Virus record (IMG/VR): IMGVR_UViG_3300010376_000071
Coordinates: 1 to 40,041 of that record
Strand: one strand, 5' to 3'
DNA: 40,041 nt
Source of the DNA: a virus
Taxonomy: Duplodnaviria; Caudoviricetes
In this document: positions 28,654 through 36,249 of the stretch, piece after piece
How the letters are laid out: each line of letters starts with the position of its first letter
How positions within the stretch are numbered: the stretch's first letter is position 1
Position numbers and translations under genes: made by a program
The notes under the pieces: generated by a model
The model's database searches: none
What the model was told of the DNA's origin: nothing
The model's input: the letters and a program-made list of their open reading frames with translations, nothing else

Positions 28654-29033
28654 GGTGATGTCCAGATGCCGCAGGATCCGAACGGGGCTGCGTGCGCCGC
28701 AGCGTGCACGAGAGTGTCGATCTGGATGTCGGAGGCGACCGGCGCCACGGATGCGACCAAATCGTCTGGCATGAGCCGAATGAGTCGAACCCCACGACGT
28801 CCTCGAGCACGATGTCGAATCGGTACGGCCGACGTCTTTATCCGTTGCGTCTTGCCGGCGCGCGTCTGGATGATCAGTTCAGGCGTCGATTCATCGACGA
28901 CCAGCGCAGCTGCGATCGGCGTGTGCGAGACGCTGACGCCCTGAGTTCGTCGATTGGTGCGAGGGATCTCGCTCGTGAGGACACGCTTGCCATAGCCGTC
29001 CTCAGTGATCACAAGCAGGTACTGAGCCATCAT
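28650..29033 (-). CDS. Stand-alone DNA gyrase A C-terminal-domain (beta-pinwheel) repeat protein, two blades
   Basis: YLLVITEDGYGKR...EIPRTNRRTQGV and LIIQTRAGKTQRI..SAVP...RGRRGVRLIRL..DDLVASVAPV match GyrA CTD blades. Confidence 0.8.
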   Translation of the reverse strand: MMAQYLLVITEDGYGKRVLTSEIPRTNRRTQGVSVSHTPIAAALVVDESTPELIIQTRAGKTQRIKTSAVPIRHRARGRRGVRLIRLMPDDLVASVAPVASDIQIDTLVHAAAHAAPFGSCGIWTSP

Positions 29034-29365
29034 CCTCCGATCCGATAGGCGACCGTGTCGACACCCGAGAACCCGAGCGCGCCGGCCACGTTCTGATTGA
29101 GATCCCAGGTCCGTCCAGTCACGTACGGCCCGCGGTCGTCGACGACGGCTCGCACGCGCCGGCCGTGGTAGGCGAACAGCACCCGCGTCCCGAACGCGAG
29201 GTAGCGATTGGCGACGCCGTAGTAAGCGTGCCAGCCAGAGGCGGTCTGGCCTCGATCGGAGTACCAGCTGGCCTCGGCGGTCAGTACCGGCGGCGGCTCG
29301 GGCCGCTTGAGGTGCACGCCGATCGCGGCCGCGAACAGCGCGAGCATCTTCGCCGAGACGATCAT
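29030..29365 (-). CDS. RlpA-like double-psi beta-barrel lytic transglycosylase with N-terminal hydrophobic leader
   Basis: ASWY...TASG...VANRYLAFGTRV...VDDRGPYV.GR.WDLN...A.ALG. Confidence 0.88.
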   Translation of the reverse strand: MIVSAKMLALFAAAIGVHLKRPEPPPVLTAEASWYSDRGQTASGWHAYYGVANRYLAFGTRVLFAYHGRRVRAVVDDRGPYVTGRTWDLNQNVAGALGFSGVDTVAYRIGG

Positions 29366-29368
29366 GGC

Positions 29369-29603
29369 TGTGTCACATCTGTGTCACCGATGCATGCGAG
29401 ATGCCCAAAGTCGCCTCTCCACGCCTCGACCCGCCTAGCTCCGCCAATGAGTCGAAATCCTCCAATTTCCAGGCCATTTAGCGGAGCATCTGGCGGAGCC
29501 AGGCGGAGCCAGGCGAAGGCACCGACCAAAACATGCTGTTGATCTAATCGCCTATTCCTGCGGGCTTTTCGATCGATTTGTGTCACGTTTGTGTCACCGA
29601 TGC
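29369..29603. mobile_element. attP-like site next to the integrase 3' end
   Basis: 25-bp direct repeats, each with two TGTGTCAC (29369-29393 and 29579-29603, 23/25 identical), flanking 10-bp-phased CGCCT/AGGCG arrays and an imperfect inverted repeat GACCAA-9nt-TTGATC. Confidence 0.7.
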
Positions 29604-30716
29604 CTCGGATTGCCGCCTCTGATCAAGCGCACGGAGTTCCTCGCGCGTGGCGTCCTCCTGGTGCCCGTAGACCCTGAGCAGAGCTTTGACCTGGCCTTCG
29701 GACCAGCCCGTCTGCGACACGATCGCGCGCTCCGATGCTCCCTCCTTCCAGAGCAGGTTGACGCAGAAGTGCTTGGTCGCCAGGTAGAAATGAGCCCAGG
29801 GAGGGAGGCCGGCAGCGACGCGAATCGGTCGCCAGTGATTTGACTGGTTCGACTTGTCGAACTGGCAACCCCCCTTGGTCAGGAACACAAGTGCGTCCGG
29901 GGCCAGCAGCATCGGATCCTGCGTCATGCGCTCAGCGGCCAGTGCGAGCAATGCGTCTCGAACGCGAACCGACAGATAGACCGTCTTGGATCGCCCGTTC
30001 TTGGGTGCGTCGACCACCCTCTCGTAGATGCGACGGCTGACGGTCGCCTCTTGGCAGTCGAGGTCGATGTCACACCAGCGCAGCTCCCACAGCTCGCACG
30101 GGCGCATGGCGGTGAATGCGGGCACGAGGATGTAGGCGATCATCTCGGTGGCGTAGTCGCCGTGAACAGCGCACGCCTTCAGCACAGCCTCCAGGTCCGG
30201 CAGCGGCTGGTCCGCACGCCCGCGACTGCGGCGATGGACGCCAGTCAGGCCCCGGAACGGGTTGCGTACGCCGATCTCGAGTTCATCCTCGGCGAACCTG
30301 CCGACCGCGATGGTGGGTGGGACGTAGGCCGCCGGGACAGAACGTGCCCACACCTTAGCCTCCTGGCGCTCGATCTCGGCGAACGACCGCTGGCCGAACG
30401 TGCGGCGGAATGCCCTCAACGCAAACGTCTCGGTATCGACGCTCGACTTCTTGACCCGACCGTCGAAGCCTGTGCCGGGACGCATCGCGTAGTCAGCCAA
30501 GTAGGCGTCGGCTACCTCGTCACCCGTCATTCCCGAGACAGGCTTCTTCTCCCACGGCCTCTCTAACTTGGCCTTCTCAATGGCGGCCCTGCGTTCGGCG
30601 ATGGTCGGGAAGTAGCCGAGATCGCATAAGGCGACCCGCTTGCGCGTCGCTGGATCCGTTCCCATGATCCGACCCCGATAGCCACGCTCTGGCTTACGCT
30701 TCTTGCTGGTGGACAT
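29583..30716 (-). CDS. int: Tyrosine integrase (377 aa)
   Basis: AMRPCEL (R), PKNG (K), FYLATKH, QTGW, VYGH (Y); AAGGAGG SD before ATG 30716. Confidence 0.9.
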   Translation of the reverse strand: MSTSKKRKPERGYRGRIMGTDPATRKRVALCDLGYFPTIAERRAAIEKAKLERPWEKKPVSGMTGDEVADAYLADYAMRPGTGFDGRVKKSSVDTETFALRAFRRTFGQRSFAEIERQEAKVWARSVPAAYVPPTIAVGRFAEDELEIGVRNPFRGLTGVHRRSRGRADQPLPDLEAVLKACAVHGDYATEMIAYILVPAFTAMRPCELWELRWCDIDLDCQEATVSRRIYERVVDAPKNGRSKTVYLSVRVRDALLALAAERMTQDPMLLAPDALVFLTKGGCQFDKSNQSNHWRPIRVAAGLPPWAHFYLATKHFCVNLLWKEGASERAIVSQTGWSEGQVKALLRVYGHQEDATREELRALDQRRQSEASVTQT

Positions 30717-30735
30717 GGACTTGCCTCCTTGTTCA

Positions 30736-30987
30736 CTACGGCCCGTCGGCGTTTGCGCGCTGGCGGGCCATTTGGTTGTGGCCATCGAGGATAACGAGGC
30801 CCCGGCGCTCAAGCTGGCCGGTGCGCTCAAGCCACGCCTCGACCTCTGAGGCGCGGAACTTGACCTTGCCGTACATGACCGTGTGCGGCATGCCCTGGGT
30901 CAGAGCGCGCTCGATCGTGCGCACGCCGCAGGCGAGATGCCGAGCGAGCCCGCGCTTGTCCAGCCATCTTTCGACTTCCATCGTCAT
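30736..30987 (-). CDS. xis: Excisionase / AlpA-like winged HTH (83 aa)
   Basis: [20 protein letters not shown]....GMP.....[14 protein letters not shown]; directly upstream of int. Confidence 0.8.
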   Translation of the reverse strand: MTMEVERWLDKRGLARHLACGVRTIERALTQGMPHTVMYGKVKFRASEVEAWLERTGQLERRGLVILDGHNQMARQRANADGP

Positions 30988-31226
30988 GATCGATTCCAGA
31001 TGACGAGCGGACTGCGATGCAAGTTCTCCCGGCACGTGACCGGCTCGAGGTGCGCCGGATTGACGCACGCTCGATTACGGCATAGATGATCTAGCTGCAG
31101 ACCTTCTGGGACGGATCCAATGCGGCTTTCGTAAATCAGGCGATGTACGCAGTAACGACGACTGTTACGTCGGACGATTCCGTATCCATCCGACGTCGTG
31201 CCTTGCCAGATCCGCAGCTCGGTCAC
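30984..31226 (-). CDS. Short HNH endonuclease (80 aa)
   Basis: WQG...DGYG...VHRLIYE...[30 protein letters not shown]; GAGG before GTG 31226. Confidence 0.75.
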   Translation of the reverse strand: MTELRIWQGTTSDGYGIVRRNSRRYCVHRLIYESRIGSVPEGLQLDHLCRNRACVNPAHLEPVTCRENLHRSPLVIWNRS

Positions 31227-31346
31227 GCTCGCCTCGATGTCACGGAGCGGTACCTGCGGGGGATTGATCCGATGGAGCGGCTGGCTCCGATCGCGGCTCG
31301 GAAGCCGCCGATGACGGTCATCCCGTCGGTGTACCAGCAGGACTAG
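31215..31346 (+). pseudogene. C-terminal remnant of a second tyrosine recombinase
   Basis: [33 protein letters not shown] is the LGH...T..Y box II motif; upstream catalytic motifs are absent and HNH sequence occupies their place. Confidence 0.65.
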
Positions 31347-31789
31347 CACGCGATCTCCCACCGGACGCGCGGCGCTGGCGTCGATTGGTCATGCCGTCCG
31401 CCGTCGATCCGGTATTCGTCCGCCCAGCTGCGGGCGTCGAGTAGGGCGATCTGCTCGAAGCCTGCAGCTCGCGGCGATGCTCCGGACTCGTCCTGCCGGG
31501 TGTACGTGACGACCCGCTCGTAGCCAAGCGCCGCTGCGGCGCGACGACAGCGCCCGTAGAGGAACGAGCAGGCGTTCCGGGTGCCGTCGGTACAGACGCG
31601 GGTGATCTCGACCGTGCGGCCGTCCTGCAGGCCCCTGCCGACTGGTCTGCCGACGAGGGCGACGCCGATGAGCTGTCCGTCGTTCTCGACTCCGAGGGCG
31701 AACAACGCGCCCTGTGTGGGGCGGTGGTGCCGGTGGTGATGCAGCACGTAGGCGTTCGCCTCGCGGATGCTGATCGGAGCGAGCTTCAT
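31343..31789 (-). CDS. XF1762-family / Mom-like GNAT-fold protein (148 aa)
   Basis: [47 protein letters not shown]....ESG.S.RAAGF. Confidence 0.75.
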   Translation of the reverse strand: MKLAPISIREANAYVLHHHRHHRPTQGALFALGVENDGQLIGVALVGRPVGRGLQDGRTVEITRVCTDGTRNACSFLYGRCRRAAAALGYERVVTYTRQDESGASPRAAGFEQIALLDARSWADEYRIDGGRHDQSTPAPRVRWEIAC

Positions 31790-31827
31790 CGAAGCGCTAC
31801 CTCAGCCCACCTAGCGGATTGGCCCAT
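31786..31827 (-). CDS. 13-aa mini-[16 protein letters not shown], coupled at both ends
   Basis: TGATG overlap at the start and ATGA overlap at the end. Confidence 0.35.
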   Translation of the reverse strand: MGQSARWAEVALR

Positions 31828-32363
31828 CACCACTCCTCCCAGATGACCGCGCTCGGGACCCCGAGCGCGACCGCGAGCTTGTCGGCGACGTCGATTCGCA
31901 CATGAGCCGATTCGCCCTGGCGCAGCCCCCAGATCCGCCGTGACGAGACACCCGAGCGACGCGCCAAGTCATTGAAGTCGGACACCTCGAACAGCAGCGG
32001 CAGCAGCGGCTCGGCCGGCAACAGGACGCGCTCGACGCCGTCCACGGCGGTGCGGCGCCTGCGCCCGAACTCGCGCTTACCCGCCGCCCGCCGGCGAGCG
32101 TCCTGCCAGATCCGCAGATATTCGTTGCGCAGCTCGCGCTGCGCAGCGGTGCGATTGGCGTAGTAGGCGCGGTCGCGGATCCGCGAGCACGTCCAGCAGC
32201 AACCGCGCAGCTGCCCGCGCGAGGTCGGGAAGTCGACAACGTGCCGCCAGCGACCGCAACCCGCGCAGAACTTGCGCCCGCAGACCACTGGGTTGCGCGG
32301 CGCGGCGCGCGGGACACCCGTGCGCCCTCCCGGCTTGCGCAACTCCCAGTACGGCGGTCTCAC
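31827..32363 (-). CDS. Zn-finger plus C-terminal XRE-type HTH protein (178 aa)
   Basis: CAGC...CCWTC; FNDLARRSGVSSRRIWGLRQG...VRIDVADKLAVALGV. Confidence 0.7.
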   Translation of the reverse strand: MRPPYWELRKPGGRTGVPRAAPRNPVVCGRKFCAGCGRWRHVVDFPTSRGQLRGCCWTCSRIRDRAYYANRTAAQRELRNEYLRIWQDARRRAAGKREFGRRRRTAVDGVERVLLPAEPLLPLLFEVSDFNDLARRSGVSSRRIWGLRQGESAHVRIDVADKLAVALGVPSAVIWEEW

Positions 32364-32557
32364 TGCGCGGCCTCCGGGAGCGAGATCGCGTTGACCTGCC
32401 CCGAGTCGTCGGCGATCGTCGCGAACGTCCGGTAGACCGCGACCGTCGTCATCCCGCCGCTCCGGCCGACGAAGCCGGCGGCGACCGAGGCGCAGTCGTA
32501 CTCCTCGCGCACCGTCATGAGCGCGGAGAGCAGGTCGGCGAGAGCAGGGTCTATCAC
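32360..32557 (-). CDS. Hypothetical protein (65 aa)
   Basis: GTGA coupling at both ends. Confidence 0.5.
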   Translation of the reverse strand: MIDPALADLLSALMTVREEYDCASVAAGFVGRSGGMTTVAVYRTFATIADDSGQVNAISLPEAAQ

Positions 32558-32871
32558 GCGTTCTCAGCCTCTCTGAGGGCTTCGTGTGCGATTACGCCCC
32601 AACCACCCGATTCGGCGTCCGCGATCCGTCTCAGAGCCGCACGGAGCACCTCAGAGGCGCGCTCGGCGCGCTCGGCCCGCTCGAGCGCCTCGTCGTAGTC
32701 GCGGCGCAGCCGACCCACGGCCACGCGCACGTCGAAGGCCCGGTTCACTCTGGCGCCTCGCCTTCGCCCCCAGTCCGCCGCGCCGTCGTACCCGCTCATG
32801 TCCGCGCCCGCCAGCTCGAGCGCCTCGAACAACAGGGTGAGGGCCCCCGGCCTCGCGCTCGAGGGCGGCAT
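32554..32871 (-). CDS. Hypothetical coiled-coil protein (105 aa)
   Basis: Abuts the upstream stop; coupled downstream. Confidence 0.5.
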   Translation of the reverse strand: MPPSSARPGALTLLFEALELAGADMSGYDGAADWGRRRGARVNRAFDVRVAVGRLRRDYDEALERAERAERASEVLRAALRRIADAESGGWGVIAHEALREAENA

Positions 32872-32946
32872 TTAGCGGATCACCGTCCAGACCGCGGCGG
32901 CGACGGCCGCCCAGAACACGACCGTGGCGAGCAGCGCGAGCCTCAT
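32872..32946 (-). CDS. 24-aa membrane micro-protein (MRLALLATVVFWAAVAAAVWTVIR)
   Basis: GGAGG SD; ATGA-coupled to rusA. Confidence 0.5.
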   Translation of the reverse strand: MRLALLATVVFWAAVAAAVWTVIR

Positions 32947-33377
32947 GCCGCCTCCGCCCTGACCGTGACCTCGGCTCGCTCGGGCTCGCCGAAGCCCTTG
33001 CGCGCCGTGAGCAGCGTGATCTGCGCATCGTCCTTGAACACGACCCCGGTCAGCGCGTCGAGCGCGCAGCGGGCGAGCTTGTCGATGTCGGGCATCACGA
33101 TCATGTGCCGCGGCGCCGAGGCCAGCACCGCGCCGGCGTTCTTGCCGGTGCCGAAGTGCGCCTTCGGCCGGGCGAAGAAGAACCCGAGCTCGACCTCGAC
33201 GGCACCGCGCAGCAACTCGTCGCGATAGGCCTCGCGGGCGGCGGCGGTGACGAGGTTCGCCCACGGCCGCGCCTTCGCGTTCGCGTCGCGGATGATCGCG
33301 CGGCCCTGCACGATCTGTGCGCGCTTCGAGCCTTTCTGCTGCGGGCGGCCGAGCACGACGAACCGGATGTCGGTCAT
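32943..33377 (-). CDS. rusA: RusA-family Holliday junction resolvase (144 aa)
   Basis: G.P.QKGSKR, F.F.RPK.H, PDIDKL.R..LDALTG....DDAQI. Confidence 0.9.
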   Translation of the reverse strand: MTDIRFVVLGRPQQKGSKRAQIVQGRAIIRDANAKARPWANLVTAAAREAYRDELLRGAVEVELGFFFARPKAHFGTGKNAGAVLASAPRHMIVMPDIDKLARCALDALTGVVFKDDAQITLLTARKGFGEPERAEVTVRAEAA

Positions 33378-33586
33378 CCCGACGACCGATCCGTCGGATA
33401 TTTGCGTTCCTGCTCGTTCAACCAATCGACCACAAGCTCGAGATCGCTTGGATCGGGATTGCGGCGGGCCGTAATCGCGCGATCGGCTCGCATCAGCGCG
33501 TCGAGCACGACGGGCGACGGACGATCGGCCATGAAGGTGCGACCACCGAGCGTGATGGCCAATCGATCGTTGCCCCGAGCGGTCAT
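33374..33586 (-). CDS. Hypothetical protein (70 aa)
   Basis: ATGA-coupled to rusA. Confidence 0.5.
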   Translation of the reverse strand: MTARGNDRLAITLGGRTFMADRPSPVVLDALMRADRAITARRNPDPSDLELVVDWLNEQERKYPTDRSSG

Positions 33587-33690
33587 CGCTCACCCAATGG
33601 TCGATAATTCAGAGTGCGAGTGCGCGTGTGCGCTTGGCCTCCCGATCCCCGGCACCGCTGACCCGGTGGCGGGGAAAGGAGGTGGAGCGG

Positions 33691-33756
33691 ATGACTGACC
33701 TCATCCTGGCACTCGCACTGCTGTTGGCGCTGCTGATCATCAATCGGCTGAGCTAG
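33691..33756 (+). CDS. 21-aa hydrophobic peptide MTDLILALALLLALLIINRLS, putative type I toxin
   Basis: AAAGGAGGT SD, GATAAT -10 at 33603, structured 5'UTR, downstream 12-bp hairpin. Not in the ORF track. Confidence 0.7.
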   Translation: MTDLILALALLLALLIINRLS

Positions 33757-33762
33757 CAGCAG

Positions 33763-33794
33763 GCCCGGATCGAGAGCATCACCTCGATCCGGGC
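33763..33794. terminator. 12-bp perfect stem-loop after the peptide gene
   Basis: GCCCGGATCGAG-AGCATCAC-CTCGATCCGGGC. Confidence 0.65.
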
Positions 33795-33815
33795 GAAATT
33801 CTACCCGCCACCCGG

Positions 33816-34040
33816 TCATTTGCGCTTCCCCCAAGGGCACAGGTGCGACAGGTAGAGCTCACCCTTGTGCTTAGCGCGGGCGTTTCCCGGGACGGCGATC
33901 GCGACCGGGGTCCCGTTGCGCCCGGGTTCGAGGCGCAGGTTGCCTCGCTTGTGCGGTTCGGCGTCGAGCGCGACGGGGTAGCCGGCGACCGTCTGCGCCC
34001 ACTTGATCTCGCTTTTGCAGACGCGGCAGACGTCGGTCAC
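33816..34040 (-). CDS. Small Zn-binding protein (74 aa)
   Basis: CRVC.SEIKWA.T..G....LDAEP...GN...SH.C; GGAG SD; GTGA coupling. Confidence 0.65.
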   Translation of the reverse strand: MTDVCRVCKSEIKWAQTVAGYPVALDAEPHKRGNLRLEPGRNGTPVAIAVPGNARAKHKGELYLSHLCPWGKRK

Positions 34041-34300
34041 GGCGCGCTCCTCGCGTGCTCGTAAGCGGCCCGAACAGTGTCGAGCGCCGTTTCTTCCGGT
34101 ACTCCTCCGAGGGCGACCGATATGCATTCGTAGTACAGCTCTCGATCCCAGTCCTCCGGTGTCCTTGTCAACGTCTCGTGGGCCTGGAAGCTGGCCCAAC
34201 TGAGAATCAGGACGACCTCCTCTTCGGACTTGCTTATCTCGCGAGCAGTCCTGGCGATCAGCTCTGCCGGCGCCCATGACCGTGCATCCCATTTGGTCAT
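34037..34300 (-). CDS. Hypothetical protein (87 aa)
   Basis: ATGA-coupled start MTKWDARSW. Confidence 0.55.
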   Translation of the reverse strand: MTKWDARSWAPAELIARTAREISKSEEEVVLILSWASFQAHETLTRTPEDWDRELYYECISVALGGVPEETALDTVRAAYEHARSAP

Positions 34301-34563
34301 CTGGGCCGCCTCAGGTGCCAGCCGCCGCATGACGAGCATCGCCATTTGTCGAACAGGACCCCGGTGCGCTCGTAGCGTTCGCGGATGATCTTGTTGACCA
34401 GCCGCATCCGGCCGCCGAGCTCGCCTTCGACCTCGGTCAGGTGCGGGATGTACATCTCTTGGGCATCGACGCAGACCTCGATGCCGCGCCCGTCCTTCGT
34501 CCAGGCCATCGAACCGGTGAACGGGCGCTCGACCTCGTCTTCGATGAAGCGCGGTTCGGCCAT
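34297..34563 (-). CDS. Hypothetical protein with C-terminal CxxCxxWH motif (88 aa)
   Basis: WRCSSCGGWHL; AAGGA SD. Confidence 0.6.
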   Translation of the reverse strand: MAEPRFIEDEVERPFTGSMAWTKDGRGIEVCVDAQEMYIPHLTEVEGELGGRMRLVNKIIRERYERTGVLFDKWRCSSCGGWHLRRPR

Positions 34564-34588
34564 TCATAACCATCCTTCTATGGGTTCC

Positions 34589-34700
34589 GTGCCCCCCGTG
34601 TCCCCTATCCGCGCGTGAAGCAGCACAGAGTCGCGATGTCTCGTTTTTAGTAGTAAGTGCTTAAGCAACGCGACGCGCGGACGGGGGACACGGGGGACAC
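34589..34700. promoter_or_regulatory. Putative replication origin: long inverted repeat around an AT-rich core
   Basis: GTGCCCCCCGTGTCCCC-TA-TCCGCGCGT ... ACGCGCGGA-CG-GGGGACACGGGGGACAC flanking TTTTTAGTAGTAAGTGCTTAAG, directly downstream of the primase gene. Confidence 0.55.
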
Positions 34701-34712
34701 CGCAGGCGGATT

Positions 34713-36245
34713 TCATGCTTCTTCGCCCTCTGGGTACGGGGTGTCGCAGCCGACGTAGAACCGGCGATGGAATCGGGGAACCTGCCCGTTGGCGCGGGCG
34801 ATGCGGCCGCCGGGACCCCGCTTGTCGGGGTGCTCGAGTCGCCATCCGATCTCTGCCATGTCTGACTTGAAGTCGTCTCTGGTCCTACGCGAGCTGCTGT
34901 AGTCCTGCAGCCGCTCGGCCGGGAGCCAGAACTCCTCTTTGGTCTCGTCGTACAAGATCGCCGAGCGCGCCGCCACGTCCGGGCCCACGAGCGTTCTCTC
35001 CACCGTCATGTACTCGGAGAACACGGTCCAGTCGTCGCGTCGCGCTCCATTCACCTCGGTCCATTCGACGATCGCGCCGGCGTGAGCGATGAACGCGAGC
35101 GCCGCGTCGCGGGCTTCTTCCAGCGGATTGGCGTCGTTGCCACCGCACAGTTCGATGATTGTCTGCGCCTGGTCGACAGCCTCCTTAGGCCCGAGCGCCG
35201 CGAATCGCGATCGGGTGACCTGGCTCATGATCTTGGTGTGCTTCGGCCCGTCGAACAGGTCGCCCAGCCTTGAGACGCGATAGCACCTGCCGGTCCGGGT
35301 ATAGAGGTAGACCTTGCCCGAGCCGCCGGCAATGTCGTCGATCGGATCCCCGCGGACGATCGCGTCCTCGCCGCGCAGGTTGTACCGGAGATTGAGTCTG
35401 CGAGCCGGATCCTTCTCGGTGTCGCCAACCGTCTTGCGCGCCTTGTCCCAGGTGCGCTTGATGTAGTCGGCGCGGACCGCTTTCCTGTCCTTGCGAGAGC
35501 TCCGCAAGATCGAGGCATATTCGTCGCGGGCCAACTCGCATCTGACCGCTTCGCACGCCAGGTAGTGATCCCATCCCGAATCGCTCTCGTCCTTCGGCGG
35601 GTTCCCACCATGCGCGGCGATGATCTTGAGCTTCGGGTACTGGGCGAACAGATCCTCGACGGCGCGATCGGAATCTCCGAGATCGATCGGCTTCTGCTTG
35701 CCGAAGATGCGCAGGATCGTCGCGTCGAGAACCGACTGCACGCTTGAGGGGCGCCCTTGCCCCTGCCCGGTCACCGTGAAGAACCGACCGCGATCATAGA
35801 CCTCGAAATCGCCGCCCCAAGGCGTCTTGGAAGTCTTGCGGCCAGAGCCGAGGATCGCCTCGACGATCGCGTGCATCCCACGCTGCGATGGCGAGCGCTC
35901 CTGATAGGCATTCAACTCGGCGAGGATCTCAGCGGCCGCCGGATGCAATTCCCCGTCATCGCTGATGCATCCATCGAAGTCCAGCCCGCAGTACGGATCG
36001 TCCTCGGTGAACACGAATCCGATTCCCTGCACTCTGTCTCGAGGGGCATTGCACGCCTGCTCGAAGGACCCCCATGTGCGCGGATCGTCGACGCTCGCGC
36101 GAGTGCGCCCATCCGACGGCCTGATCGGAACCTTCGTCCATTTGCCGTCGCGGCGTTCGCGCTTCCACGCGACCCACTGATTGAGCATTCGCAGCGCGAG
36201 CGGCACGTTCGCGTATCGCTCGCGCTCGGGGGTGAGCGCCGCCAT
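34713..36245 (-). CDS. NrS-1-type primase-polymerase (AEP) replication protein (510 aa)
   Basis: QWVAW.....KWTKVP, TW.SFE.A, GIGFV.....CGLDFDGC, E.SPS..GMH, EVYD.GRFFTVTG. Confidence 0.88.
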   Translation of the reverse strand: MAALTPERERYANVPLALRMLNQWVAWKRERRDGKWTKVPIRPSDGRTRASVDDPRTWGSFEQACNAPRDRVQGIGFVFTEDDPYCGLDFDGCISDDGELHPAAAEILAELNAYQERSPSQRGMHAIVEAILGSGRKTSKTPWGGDFEVYDRGRFFTVTGQGQGRPSSVQSVLDATILRIFGKQKPIDLGDSDRAVEDLFAQYPKLKIIAAHGGNPPKDESDSGWDHYLACEAVRCELARDEYASILRSSRKDRKAVRADYIKRTWDKARKTVGDTEKDPARRLNLRYNLRGEDAIVRGDPIDDIAGGSGKVYLYTRTGRCYRVSRLGDLFDGPKHTKIMSQVTRSRFAALGPKEAVDQAQTIIELCGGNDANPLEEARDAALAFIAHAGAIVEWTEVNGARRDDWTVFSEYMTVERTLVGPDVAARSAILYDETKEEFWLPAERLQDYSSSRRTRDDFKSDMAEIGWRLEHPDKRGPGGRIARANGQVPRFHRRFYVGCDTPYPEGEEA

Positions 36246-36249
36246 CGGC

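Noticed and set aside
29362-29586. 74-aa ORF downstream of the integrase
   Set aside because: Coincides with the attP repeat architecture and has no protein motif. It does show start/stop overlaps, so it is not fully excluded.
34564-34716. 50-aa ORF MKSACGVPRV... after the primase
   Set aside because: The region is dominated by the inverted repeat and AT-rich core; better explained as an origin.
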